Assembly (NCBI GenBank): GCA_965208125.1
Contig: OZ242320.1
Location: 4,768,001-4,832,000 of the forward strand
Direction of reading: 5' to 3'
Origin: Candidatus Latescibacterota bacterium
GTDB taxonomy: Bacteria > Latescibacterota > UBA2968
Length of the DNA: 64,000 nucleotides
The position numbers and the translations under genes are program-made. The notes beneath the pieces were generated by a model that was not told where the DNA came from, searched no databases, and was given only the letters and a program-made list of their open reading frames with translations. Below, one piece after another: positions 18,858 to 29,406 of this stretch. The stretch's first letter is position 1. Each line of letters starts with the position of its first letter.

Positions 18858-21800
18858 ATGTGGTTCATGAAGTCTATAAATTGGAGCGTGATAACCGCTC
18901 TTAAAACCGCTCTTAAAACAGCTCTTGCCATTGTCGTATGGCTGGCGATTGGTACGGCGAAAGCAACGCCGATTATGGATCAAGTGTCGGGGCGCGTGCT
19001 GCACTTTGGCGGAACGCCTGTGGTGGATGCCCAGGTGTCCCTGTTCGATTTGACAAATCTGCGTCAGGGACCTGTAGCGCAAGCCACGACAGACGGTGCA
19101 GGTTATTTCACGCTTTCACTGGCCGGGTTGCAAAATCAGGCCGTGTTTCCCGACGGCATTGGACTGGGGCAGAACTATCCCAATCCCTTTAATCCAGCCA
19201 CGATCATTCCCTACCAGTTGGCAGAGGCATCGCATGTGCGGATCGAGGTGTTCAATGTGTTGGGACAACTCGTTGCGACGCTGGTGGATGCGGAGCAGGC
19301 GACGGGTTCTCATATTGTGCGGTGGGATGCTCGGGATGCTTCGGGACGAGGTGTGGCTGCGGGGGTGTATCTCTATCGGTTTACAGTTGGTGACATAACG
19401 CAAGTTCGCCGAATGGTTTTGCTGGACGGCAAAAAGACCACTGCGCCAATAGGTGGGACACAGGTTGAAGCAGTGCCGGGTATGGTGGATGGCCTGCCCA
19501 ATCCTATTTATGGTCTGGTGATTTCGGGACAGAATATGGTTTCCCATGTGGTGTCGGATTTCCAGTTATCTGACAGCTTCATCCCGATGGATATTGTGAT
19601 CGATGGGGTAGATATTTTGTTTGATGGGATGGAGAGCGAAAAAAGTACAAAAGTCGTAGCACAGAGCGGAATTTTAGGCGACGCAGACCTCGATGGTCAA
19701 GTTACTATCGTTGATGCGTTGCTCGTAGCCGTGTACAGTGCCAATCCCACCGCGATTTCAATTTCCAGTGACGCACATGTTGATGTAAACTGCGACGGTC
19801 AAGTCGATATTGTGGATGCCTGGCTGATAGGTAAGTACAGCGTCAATCCGAACGATCCTGATGTACGTCGTGACGCACCGAATATCGGCACATCTAACAT
19901 TTGTTCTCCTTCTGATGAGCACGGGAATAGTCGTTCTACAGCGACACAGGTATCGTCAAATAGTACGACGAATGGGCAGATTTCTCCTGTGGGCGATGTG
20001 GACTATTTTCGGGTTGACGTAGGTCGTTCTGGGACACTAATAGCTTATACGATGGGCAGTACGGATACCGAGGGCCAATTGCAGGATAGCTCAGGCAACC
20101 CCCTTAATTCCAATGATGATCATGGTGGTACAGTCAACTTCCGGGTTTCAGCATCGGTGAGTGCAGGGACATACTACATTCGGGTCCGTGGATTCAATAA
20201 TAACGAGACAGGAAGCTACACCCTGCATGTCTCTTTTAGCAGCGGCACGCCAAAGATGTATTGGGCGGACGCGGGGACGGACAAGATTCAGCGGGCGAAC
20301 CTGGATGGCAGCAGGGTGGAAGACCTCGTCACCTCTGGGTTGAACCATGTACTCAATTTGGCCCTGGACGTGGGCGGCGGCAAGATGTACTGGGCAGACC
20401 AGGGAGCGTCCAAGATTCAGCGGGCGAACTTGGACGGCAGCGGCGTGGAGGACCTCCTCACCGGATTGGACGGTCCGTACGGTCTGGCGCTGGACCTGGC
20501 CGCTGGCAAGATGTACTGGACGCAGGCGTCCAAGATTCAGCGGGCGAACCTGGACGGCAGCAGGGTGGAAGACCTCGTCACCTCCGGATTATCCCGTCCC
20601 AGCGGTTTGGCGTTGGACCTGGTCGCTGGCAAGATGTACTGGACGCAATGGAACAAGATTCAGCGGGCGAACCTGGACGGCAGCAGGGTGGAAGACCTCG
20701 TCACCTCTGGGTTGAATACTTATCGATATGGTCTGGCGTTGGACCTGGCCGCTGGCAAGATGTACTGGACGGCCTTCAACACGGGCAAGATTCAGCGGGC
20801 GAACTTAGACGGCAGCGGGGTGGAAGACCTCGTCACGGGATTGGACACACCGAACGGTCTGGCACTGGACCGAGGTGCCGGCAAGATGTACTGGACGCAA
20901 TGGGAAGGGCGAAAGATCCAGCGGGCGAACCTGGACGGCAGCAGGGTGGAGGACCTCGTCACCTCCGGATTATCCCGTCCCAACGGTTTGGTGCTGGATA
21001 CATCAGGGCGTACTTCGACTTTGGTTTTTGATAAGGCTTTCGCAGCACCAACGCGCAGCGAGAGGGTTGTTGTCAATGGCATTCAGATCGAAGCGGCCGA
21101 AAATGAAATCCTGGTGTTTCTGGATGAAGATATATCGAGTGAAGAGATAAGTGCCACACGGGCTGAAATCCTGGCTCAAGGGGGTAGGGTCAAATCGCTG
21201 AACTTCGACCTGAGGACCATTCAGGTTGGCATTACGGACGCCATTGTGGAGCAAGATTTCATCAATGAATTGTCTCGACGAGCTGGCGTATCGGGGGCAA
21301 ATGTAAATGAAGTGGTCACACCCGGTCAGGCATTCATCACGTCAAACGACCAGGGCTATCGGCAGCGGCGCACCAAGCTCGTTGATACCCACCCTTTGTT
21401 GGTGCCGCCGCCGAGTCCTGTTTCGTTTGCTGGTGATTTCTGGATTAACCAGATTGACGCCACGTCCGCTTGGGCGGCGCTATCCGATCCAGGTGTAAGG
21501 CTGGTACCAAACGCGATAGGCATTATCGATACAGGTGTTCCGAGTTCTCAGGATGTCCTGAATAGCTCGCGAATTAGTCGATATTCAGAAGAAGGCGTCA
21601 GTATGTCCGGCGACGACACATCGGATCCGCACGGATACAATGTGACGGGGTACGCGGCAGGCTACGGCAATGGACCCGACAGGCGGGGCGTGAATCCACA
21701 CAGTGACGTGGTCTTTGTTGATGTACTCGATCCTACTGGTAATGTTTATAATACGACTCTGATGTTAGGCATAAAGACCGCTATCGATAAGAGCGCGGGT

Positions 21801-23312
21801 GTTGTCAACATTTCTTGGGAATCCGGTGCTCTGCACCAGAGTCAACCCCCCTCTGTAAGGCAAGCCGTGATGCAGAAATGGCGGCGAAGCTACAATGGCG
21901 TCGTCCATTACGCACGCAGGCGAGATGTCCTTCTCGTTTGGGCATCAGGCAACCAGAGGGAAAAGCAATATGATCGCCTGCTCCCTCTCAAAAACGGTGC
22001 GATAGATGTTGCCAATACGGATTCCTGGCTCAGCCATTCACTCATTGTCGGGGCATCAACAGAATCGCAGATGGATGCGTGTTTTTCCCTCATGGGTGCG
22101 GCTGTAAATATCATGGCACCCGGAAAAGACGTGGGATTCGGCGTCAAAATCGGAGACGGGACGTCGTATGCAGCACCTATGGTAACAGGCGCAGCAGGCC
22201 TCATAAGGGCTATTGAAAGCACGATCTCGGCGGAGGAGACGCGTTCGATCCTGATTAACTCTGCGAGGAATGCGATAAGTTTCAACACAGATTGCATAGG
22301 GGAGCCTGTCGCAAGTTCACCAGCGGGCCTTTTGAACCTCGGTAGTGCGATTCAGTCGTCGCTGGTGGCCGATGGCATCGGCCTGAACATCGCGGGTAAC
22401 GTCCACCTGGCCAGAGGGCAGATGGCAAACGTGTCGATCGATGTTACAGTACCTGCGGGCGGTGTGCATGCGATTGATGTGGGGTTTGTCATTGACCAGA
22501 GCGGGAGTTATGAGGATGACATCCAAACACTCCAGAATCGGGCAACGGAGATCGTCAATAACTTCAAAGCACGTACAGATGTCGATGTGCAGTTCGGTGT
22601 CGCAGGATTTGCCGATTTTCCTCAGCCCCCTTATGGTGGTTCAGGGGATGTGCCATATCGCCTGTACCAAAGCATAACGGACGACCAGAATGCGCTCGTT
22701 GCGGCAATAGACAAACTGAATAAGCCGTTAATGTGGGGGGATGATAGTCCAGAATCACAGTACGAAGCACTATTTCGTACGGCGCGAGAAATCGGTTGGC
22801 GAGATGGTGCGTTGAGAATCCTGTTGTTGGCAACCGATGCAGACTTCCATGACTCGGATACAGAGTCGGGTTATCCTGGAACAGGGCGGACAGCCGCGCT
22901 TGCAACGCTCGAGGCGGAAAATGTCATTGTCATTGGTCTGCAAAGCGGCGATAACAGTGCGGCGGCTCAGCGCTTGCAGGAACTCGCGGATGCTACGGGG
23001 GGAAGTGTGTTGTCCCTTGATGCAGCGAGTTCGCAAATCGTCGATGCCATCGTGCGTGGCGTCGATGCCGCGCTGGCCAAGGTGGATATAACGCTTGACG
23101 TACTGGCGGGACAAAGTTGGGTCACAGGCATTACCCCGATAGTGCATCAAGACATTCGTCCGGGTGCTACGGTGAGCTTCACCGTTTCATTGCAGGGTCA
23201 ACGAGATCCATCAATAGAAGACCTCCCATACAATGTGTACCTTTGGGCACGAGGCGATGGCTCCGCGCTGTTGTCGCGCACGAAGATCCCTATCATTGTG
23301 CCTAAGGAATAG
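18858..23312 (+). CDS. Secreted protein: FlgD/T9SS-tail-like, dockerin, PPC, 6x YWTD propeller, S8 subtilase, vWA
   Basis: IGIIDTG (Asp), DPHGYNV (His), ASGN oxyanion, GTSYAAPMVTG (Ser); DQSGS MIDAS; KMYW..IQRANLDG x6. Confidence 0.88.
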   Translation: MWFMKSINWSVITALKTALKTALAIVVWLAIGTAKATPIMDQVSGRVLHFGGTPVVDAQVSLFDLTNLRQGPVAQATTDGAGYFTLSLAGLQNQAVFPDGIGLGQNYPNPFNPATIIPYQLAEASHVRIEVFNVLGQLVATLVDAEQATGSHIVRWDARDASGRGVAAGVYLYRFTVGDITQVRRMVLLDGKKTTAPIGGTQVEAVPGMVDGLPNPIYGLVISGQNMVSHVVSDFQLSDSFIPMDIVIDGVDILFDGMESEKSTKVVAQSGILGDADLDGQVTIVDALLVAVYSANPTAISISSDAHVDVNCDGQVDIVDAWLIGKYSVNPNDPDVRRDAPNIGTSNICSPSDEHGNSRSTATQVSSNSTTNGQISPVGDVDYFRVDVGRSGTLIAYTMGSTDTEGQLQDSSGNPLNSNDDHGGTVNFRVSASVSAGTYYIRVRGFNNNETGSYTLHVSFSSGTPKMYWADAGTDKIQRANLDGSRVEDLVTSGLNHVLNLALDVGGGKMYWADQGASKIQRANLDGSGVEDLLTGLDGPYGLALDLAAGKMYWTQASKIQRANLDGSRVEDLVTSGLSRPSGLALDLVAGKMYWTQWNKIQRANLDGSRVEDLVTSGLNTYRYGLALDLAAGKMYWTAFNTGKIQRANLDGSGVEDLVTGLDTPNGLALDRGAGKMYWTQWEGRKIQRANLDGSRVEDLVTSGLSRPNGLVLDTSGRTSTLVFDKAFAAPTRSERVVVNGIQIEAAENEILVFLDEDISSEEISATRAEILAQGGRVKSLNFDLRTIQVGITDAIVEQDFINELSRRAGVSGANVNEVVTPGQAFITSNDQGYRQRRTKLVDTHPLLVPPPSPVSFAGDFWINQIDATSAWAALSDPGVRLVPNAIGIIDTGVPSSQDVLNSSRISRYSEEGVSMSGDDTSDPHGYNVTGYAAGYGNGPDRRGVNPHSDVVFVDVLDPTGNVYNTTLMLGIKTAIDKSAGVVNISWESGALHQSQPPSVRQAVMQKWRRSYNGVVHYARRRDVLLVWASGNQREKQYDRLLPLKNGAIDVANTDSWLSHSLIVGASTESQMDACFSLMGAAVNIMAPGKDVGFGVKIGDGTSYAAPMVTGAAGLIRAIESTISAEETRSILINSARNAISFNTDCIGEPVASSPAGLLNLGSAIQSSLVADGIGLNIAGNVHLARGQMANVSIDVTVPAGGVHAIDVGFVIDQSGSYEDDIQTLQNRATEIVNNFKARTDVDVQFGVAGFADFPQPPYGGSGDVPYRLYQSITDDQNALVAAIDKLNKPLMWGDDSPESQYEALFRTAREIGWRDGALRILLLATDADFHDSDTESGYPGTGRTAALATLEAENVIVIGLQSGDNSAAAQRLQELADATGGSVLSLDAASSQIVDAIVRGVDAALAKVDITLDVLAGQSWVTGITPIVHQDIRPGATVSFTVSLQGQRDPSIEDLPYNVYLWARGDGSALLSRTKIPIIVPKE

Positions 23313-23323
23313 GAATCTACGGA

Positions 23324-23692
23324 ATGAAATGGGTCATTGCTGCTGTTGTAGTGCTCGTGATCGCTTGTGCGGGCTGTTTTTTGCACACACAAGCAGAAGA
23401 ATGTGAGTACGATGGGTTGCCTGCCAAATGCGGGGAACTCATTATACACCTGAACAAAAACTATCGAACAGGTGAGTTACATCCGCTGACCGGTGATTTG
23501 CGAGACCTGATAGCAAAGGATGGAGGTAGCATCCTCTTGGACGATGTCGATCTTGGGATCTTGGTCGCAAAATTTGATAGCGACGAAGAAAAGCTGGCAC
23601 CTATTCTCGATCGCTTGCACAAACACCCGGCCGTGCGCAGTGCGGACTACAACTGGCTTTCGGTTCCATATGGAGGATTGCGCGTTGATTAG
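23324..23692 (+). CDS. Small exported protein resembling a subtilase propeptide/I9 inhibitor fold
   Basis: Hydrophobic leader with Cys; GELIIHL..LIAKDGGSI..LHKHPAVRSADYN resembles the prodomain inside 18858. Confidence 0.5.
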   Translation: MKWVIAAVVVLVIACAGCFLHTQAEECEYDGLPAKCGELIIHLNKNYRTGELHPLTGDLRDLIAKDGGSILLDDVDLGILVAKFDSDEEKLAPILDRLHKHPAVRSADYNWLSVPYGGLRVD

Positions 23693-23868
23693 AAAGATAG
23701 GGGACGCCGTATGTTCTTCCATAGCTGGAGTTTGCGCCGCGCTGTTAACTTCTTTGAGTCGATATAAGCAAGGAGACTAATAAAATGAATTGCTCTGAAT
23801 TCACTGGCTTGATTTTGCAAATTGTTGAAAGTATCTGCAGATTCTTAAGCTCTATCAAGGAGGAATCC

Positions 23869-26800
23869 ATGTGGTTCATGAAGTCTATAAATTGGAGCGT
23901 GATAACCGCTCTTAAAACAGCTCTTAAAACAGCTCTTGCCATTGTCGTATGGCTGGCGATTGGTACGGCGAAAGCAACGCCGATTATGGATCAAGTGTCG
24001 GGTCGCGTGCTGCACTTTGGCGGAACGCCTGTGGTGGATGCTCAGGTGTCCCTGTTCGATTTGAACGATCTGCGTCAGGGACCTGTAGCGCAAGCCACAA
24101 CAGACGGTGCGGGTTATTTCACGCTTTCACTGGCCGGGTTGCAAAATCAGGCCGTGTTTCCCGACGGCATTGGACTGGGGCAGAACTATCCCAATCCCTT
24201 TAATCCAGCTACGATCATTCCCTACCAGTTAGCAGAGGCATCGCATGTGCGGATCGAGGTGTTCAATGTGTTGGGACAACTCGTTGCGACGTTGGTGGAT
24301 GCGGAGCAGGCAGCGGGTTCTCATATTGTGCGGTGGGATGCTCGAGATGCTTCGGGACGAGGTGTGGCTGCGGGGGTGTATCTGTATCGGTTTACAGTTG
24401 GTGACATAACGCAAGTTCGTCGAATGGTTTTGCTGGACGGCAAAAAGACCCCTGCGCCAATAGGTGGGAGACAGGTTGAAGCAGTGTCCGGTGTGGTGGA
24501 TGGCCTGCCCAATCCTATTTATGGTCTGGTGATTTCGGGGCAGAATATGGTCTCCCATGTGGTGTCGGATTTCCAGTTATCTGACAGCTTCATCCCGATG
24601 GATATTGTGATCGATGGGGTGGATATTTTGTTTGATGGGATGGAGAGTGAAAAAAGTACAAAAGTCGTAGCACAGAGCGGAATTTTAGGTGACGCAGACC
24701 TCGATGGTCAAGTTACTATCGTTGATGCGTTGCTCGTAGCCATGTACAGTGCCAATCCCACCGCGATTTCAATTTCCAGTGACGCACATGTTGATGTAAA
24801 CTGCGACGGTCAAGTCGATATTGTGGATGCCTGGCTGATAGGTAAGTACAGCATCAATCCGAACGATTCTGATGTACGTCGTGACGCCCCGAATATCGGC
24901 ACATCTAACATTTGTTCTCCCGCGTCCCTATCGCCTGATCCATCGACAGTGACGTTTGATACCAATGGCACATGGCATCGGTTTACGATTCAATCGAGTG
25001 AGCGGGTTATTGTGGTGGCGAATCCGAGTGGCACAACCCCGCTTGTGGAGATCAGCGCCAGCAGCGGAGAGAGCAACCTTTGTCCACCCGAACAGAATGA
25101 TGAGATAACCCGCAACAACGGCGAATCCATCTACTTGTCTGGTTGTGGTTCAGGGACAGGCACAGTGGAACTGCGTCGGGCTTCGGACAATACGCTTCTC
25201 AACACCTATACCTTTTCTATCGGTGTCCAGGCGTCCCTATCGCCTGATCCATCGACAGTGATGTTTGATACCAACGGCACCTGGCATCGGTTCACGATTC
25301 AATCGAGTGAGCGGGTTATTGTGGTGGCGAATCCGAGTGGCACGACCCCGCTTGTGGAGATTACCACCACCAGCGGAGCGCGCAACCTTTGCCCAGCCGA
25401 ACAGGATGACGATTATAGCGGCAACAACGGCGAGTTCATCTACTTGTCTGGTTGTGGTTCAGGGACAGGCACAGTGGAACTGCGTCGGGCTTCGGACAAC
25501 ACAGTTCTTAATACCTATACCTTTTCTATCGGTACTGATTCTCGTGCCCCTCTTCCGACTGGTATCACATACGTCAACAACCGCTTCTATGAGGTTGATC
25601 ACGATGATGATAAGGTGTATGTGTACAACAGTTCTGGTCAGCGAGTAGCAAGTGCTGACTTCAATCTGGATAGCAATAACGGTAATCCGCAGGGTATCAC
25701 GTATGCCAACAACCGCTTCTATGTGGTTGATCACGATGATGATAAGGTGTATGTGTACAACAGTTCTGGTCAGCGAGTAGCAAGTGCTGACTTCGACCTG
25801 GATAGCAACAACGGGGATCCGATTGGTATCACATACGCCAACAACCGATTCTATGTGGTTGATTGGATAGATGATAAGGTGTATGTGTACAACAGTTCTG
25901 GGCAGCGTGTTTCAAGTGCAGACTTCAATCTGGATAGCAATAACGGTAATCCGGAGGGTATCACATACGCCAACAACAGGTTCTATGTGGTTGATTGGAT
26001 AGATGATAAGGTGTATGTGTACAACAGTTCTGGTCAGCGTGATGCGAGTGCAGACTTCAATCTGGATAGCAACAACGATATTCCGACTGGTATCACTTAT
26101 ACCAACGGCCGACTCTATGTGGCTGATAGAGACGATGATCAGATCTATAGTTACGATGTCAGTGGAGGAGGAGGTGGTGGTGGCAGTCCAGACCTGATCG
26201 TAGAATCACCCTCAGTGAGCAATAGCACCCTGACGACGGGGCAATCATTCACCCTACAAGCAACTGTCCGCAATCAGGGCACTGGTCAATCTGCTGCAAC
26301 GACCTTGCGGTATTACCAATCTGTCAATGCGACCATATCTGTAAGCGACACACGGGTAGGCAGTGCTGCGGTAGGCAGCCTGAATGCTTCGAGCAGCAGT
26401 GTGGAATCAATCAGCTTGAATGCGCCATCGAGTTCGGGTACGTATTACTACGGTGCGTGTGTTTCGTCTGTGTCTGGCGAATCGAAGACGAATAACAACT
26501 GCTCTGTTGGTGTGCGTGTCACGGTCAGTAGTGGTGGTGGAACGACCGTTACCATTCCTGATGTGAATCTTCGCGCGGTGATTACGGATAGTCTGGGCAA
26601 GGCGCGTGGTGCGCCGATCACGCGGGCTGAGATGGCGAGTTTGACGCGCCTTTCGGCACCGAACTCGAACATCAGCGATTTGACCGGACTTGAGGTTGCA
26701 ACTGGTCTGACAAGGCTGGAGCTTGGTAGAGAGTTTGTGTCTGGTAGCTGGGTCAACAGCAACGAAATATCCGACCTCTCGCCCCTATCTGGTCTAACCA

Positions 26801-27594
26801 ACTTGACATACCTCGATCTTACCTCCAACAGCATCTCGGATATATCTGCTCTGTCCAATCTGACTAATCTGACAGGGCTGTTTCTTTTCAGCAACAGTAT
26901 CTCGGATGTGTCAGCCCTGTCTAACCTGACCAACCTGACATACCTCAGTCTTAGCCGGAACAGCATCTCGGATGTGTCAGCCCTGTCTAACCTGACAAAC
27001 CTGACAGTGCTGTATCTTTACAACAACAGCATCTCGGATGTGTCAGCCCTGTCTAACCTGACAAACCTGACAGTGCTGTATCTTGACAACAACAGCATCT
27101 CGGATGTGTCAGCCCTGTCTAACCTGACTAATCTGACAGAGCTGGGGCTTCGGAACAACAGCATCTCGGATGTGTCAGCCCTGTCTAACCTGACAAACCT
27201 GACAGTGCTGTATCTTGACAACAACAGCATCTCGGATGTGTCAGCCCTGTCTAACCTGACAAACCTGACAGTGCTGTATCTTTACAACAACAGCATCTCG
27301 GATGTGTCAGCCCTGTCTAACCTGACAAACCTGACAAGGCTGTATCTTGACAACAACAACATCTCGAACATTGCACCTCTGGCCGCAAATACGGGTTTGG
27401 GCAGTGGCGATGAGGTTGATGTGAGAAACAACCCGCTGAGTGCTACATCACTCAACACGCACATTCCAACCCTTCAGGGCAGAGGAGTTAATGTGAGATT
27501 TGGATCAGGGAAGCCTGCGGTTGTTGATGAGCAAAAGCCGCGTATGGAGGGTATGCTACCGGAGGAAAGAGAATACAATCCTTTCAGGCGGTGA
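23869..27594 (+). CDS. Secreted protein: FlgD/T9SS-tail-like, dockerin, 2x Ig-like, 5x propeller repeat, CARDB, internalin-type LRRs
   Basis: N-terminal ~880 aa as in 6473/10384; then IPDVNLRAVI cap and SISDVSALSNLTNLT repeats. Confidence 0.87.
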   Translation: MWFMKSINWSVITALKTALKTALAIVVWLAIGTAKATPIMDQVSGRVLHFGGTPVVDAQVSLFDLNDLRQGPVAQATTDGAGYFTLSLAGLQNQAVFPDGIGLGQNYPNPFNPATIIPYQLAEASHVRIEVFNVLGQLVATLVDAEQAAGSHIVRWDARDASGRGVAAGVYLYRFTVGDITQVRRMVLLDGKKTPAPIGGRQVEAVSGVVDGLPNPIYGLVISGQNMVSHVVSDFQLSDSFIPMDIVIDGVDILFDGMESEKSTKVVAQSGILGDADLDGQVTIVDALLVAMYSANPTAISISSDAHVDVNCDGQVDIVDAWLIGKYSINPNDSDVRRDAPNIGTSNICSPASLSPDPSTVTFDTNGTWHRFTIQSSERVIVVANPSGTTPLVEISASSGESNLCPPEQNDEITRNNGESIYLSGCGSGTGTVELRRASDNTLLNTYTFSIGVQASLSPDPSTVMFDTNGTWHRFTIQSSERVIVVANPSGTTPLVEITTTSGARNLCPAEQDDDYSGNNGEFIYLSGCGSGTGTVELRRASDNTVLNTYTFSIGTDSRAPLPTGITYVNNRFYEVDHDDDKVYVYNSSGQRVASADFNLDSNNGNPQGITYANNRFYVVDHDDDKVYVYNSSGQRVASADFDLDSNNGDPIGITYANNRFYVVDWIDDKVYVYNSSGQRVSSADFNLDSNNGNPEGITYANNRFYVVDWIDDKVYVYNSSGQRDASADFNLDSNNDIPTGITYTNGRLYVADRDDDQIYSYDVSGGGGGGGSPDLIVESPSVSNSTLTTGQSFTLQATVRNQGTGQSAATTLRYYQSVNATISVSDTRVGSAAVGSLNASSSSVESISLNAPSSSGTYYYGACVSSVSGESKTNNNCSVGVRVTVSSGGGTTVTIPDVNLRAVITDSLGKARGAPITRAEMASLTRLSAPNSNISDLTGLEVATGLTRLELGREFVSGSWVNSNEISDLSPLSGLTNLTYLDLTSNSISDISALSNLTNLTGLFLFSNSISDVSALSNLTNLTYLSLSRNSISDVSALSNLTNLTVLYLYNNSISDVSALSNLTNLTVLYLDNNSISDVSALSNLTNLTELGLRNNSISDVSALSNLTNLTVLYLDNNSISDVSALSNLTNLTVLYLYNNSISDVSALSNLTNLTRLYLDNNNISNIAPLAANTGLGSGDEVDVRNNPLSATSLNTHIPTLQGRGVNVRFGSGKPAVVDEQKPRMEGMLPEEREYNPFRR

Positions 27595-27698
27595 AGGTAG
27601 AACTGGCGGGGTTATATTTGAGGCGTCAGGAAGCGAAGTACGCCATTGGGAAGTTGAAAGACCATTAAGTGGTTGAAATGCCTGCGTTTTTGGTTTTT

Positions 27699-27728
27699 CT
27701 GACTGCTGACTGCTGACTGCTGAGAGCT
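27699..27728. repeat. Heptamer tandem repeat (CTGACTG)n
   Basis: ctgactgctgactgctgactgctgagagct; degenerate copy near 53276-53300. Confidence 0.8.
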
Positions 27729-27738
27729 AAGATGCGGT

Positions 27739-28256
27739 TCATGCGCGTGCGACTTCAAAGGCCGTGATGTTGCGGGTATTTTTGCTGAATTCTACGCCTA
27801 TAAGATGGATTGGCTGGTCAAGGCCGCGATATTTGTCTGCGTAACGCTTTTCCTGCAATTGTGCCATTGCAGCGCCTTCAGATGCCATTTCGACGACTTT
27901 GAACTCGAACAGGTAGATGTTATCGTTGAAGTGAACGGCCATGTCCAGACGACCATGGCTACTGCTGTCTTCTACGGTGATATTTAGTCCCAATCCCGCG
28001 AAATAGGAGTAGAACACGCTGGCGTAGTAGCCTTCGAAATTGGCGATGTCGTTGTTGGTGTACCATTCGTAGGGGATGCTGGCGAAGAAGGCGTGGAATA
28101 AGGTTTCCATGCCAGCAAAGTCGTTGGCTTCCAGCAAACGATACAGGCGCACAGTGTTCGCCATAAGGCGAGTTGAGTCTTTCACCAGATAGCGCAACAG
28201 GCTCTCGTTGAGGCGCGGAAGGTCTGAATGCCGATGGGCAGTCTGCGTCTGGTCAT
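27739..28256 (-). pseudogene. Internally deleted copy of the AAA-ATPase/PD-(D/E)XK gene
   Basis: MTRRRLPIGIQTFR start fused out of frame to the C-terminal third; ~1030 bp missing relative to 41517-43064. Confidence 0.9.
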
Positions 28257-28526
28257 GGTTTCCCTGTATTCAAAAGGTTCTACTTTGCCAGGCATTTTTC
28301 AGCGTCTTTTGCAGAAAGTATCATAAGGATGGCACTTTTGCACAACTATTTTTTTTCTTGATGTTACGCCTGTCTCGCGTTTGGGCAGAAAGCGGAAGCC
28401 TTTGCCCCTTCGCAATCGCGGTTGGATGTCCAAAAGTGCGGTTTTTAACCAGCGTGCTGTTGATTTGAATTTGTCCATCGCTTCACATTTCTGGTCCGTT
28501 GAACACTATTTACATAGGAGAATCCA

Positions 28527-28969
28527 ATGCGGAACCTGATACTGTCATTGTTATCAACCATTGCACTTCTGATATATCCGCTGTCTCTTTCGGCGCAGAA
28601 CAGTTTTTCTCTTTCGCTGGATGTGGATGGCGCAACGGGCGATCAGGCCGTCACATCTTTGAATACTGATCCAGATCAAGTTGTCGTCAGATCTTCGGTG
28701 GAGACATTCAGAATGCGAATGGTCTTTCTGTGCGTTTTGAATACGATGCGGGTCAAGTGACTTATGACGGCTTTGATACAGGCAATGTCTTGTCCAATGC
28801 CCAGGCGCTCTCACAACAGGGTACAGGTTTTGTTGAAATCGGCATTGGGTCTTTGGGTGGGCAGGCGACGGCTAACAATGGTCTGATCGGCACAATACGC
28901 TTTCGCACAAAAGGAAGTGGTGGGGGTAGTTCGGCAAGTGCAACCTTGAGAGATGAAAAAACGGTCTGA
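28527..28969 (+). pseudogene. Frameshifted copy of the cohesin-like gene
   Basis: 4-bp deletion (CCAT) near 28686 relative to the 15932 copy splits the ORF. Confidence 0.85.
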
Positions 28970-29177
28970 AGCGGTGTACAACGGGTCGATTTTCAGACCC
29001 GTTCATCAGGAGGAATGGGATGAAAGGATGGACAGGATGAAAGGCGATGCGCGGTGGAGGGCTTTCTCGGTTGGCAAGCCTGTCAGCCCTCCGCCGCTTT
29101 GACAACAGAGACAGGTCATCACCTGCTCTTTTCTCAATCTAAAACGCCTAAACCGCAGAATCAAGTTGCTTTTTTTC
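28911..29177 (+). repeat. Structured intergenic repeat, copy 5
   Basis: Alignment to copy 3. Confidence 0.88.
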
Positions 29178-29406
29178 AGGCGGTGGGATGTTGTTTTCTC
29201 TATCAGGGGTAGGGGATGAAACCAGCACCCACCGCGCCAATGTCTTCGGAATCAAGGAAAGGAGGTATGCGAAGCCCATCTCTCTGTGTTTGGAACGATA
29301 GACTTCGGCGAGAATGTCAAGACTACTGACTTTGGCCTTGCCGGGGGGATCGGTGCCGAGATACCGATCTCCGATCTGCACATTTTTCAATAAAGGAGAA
29401 TTTCAA

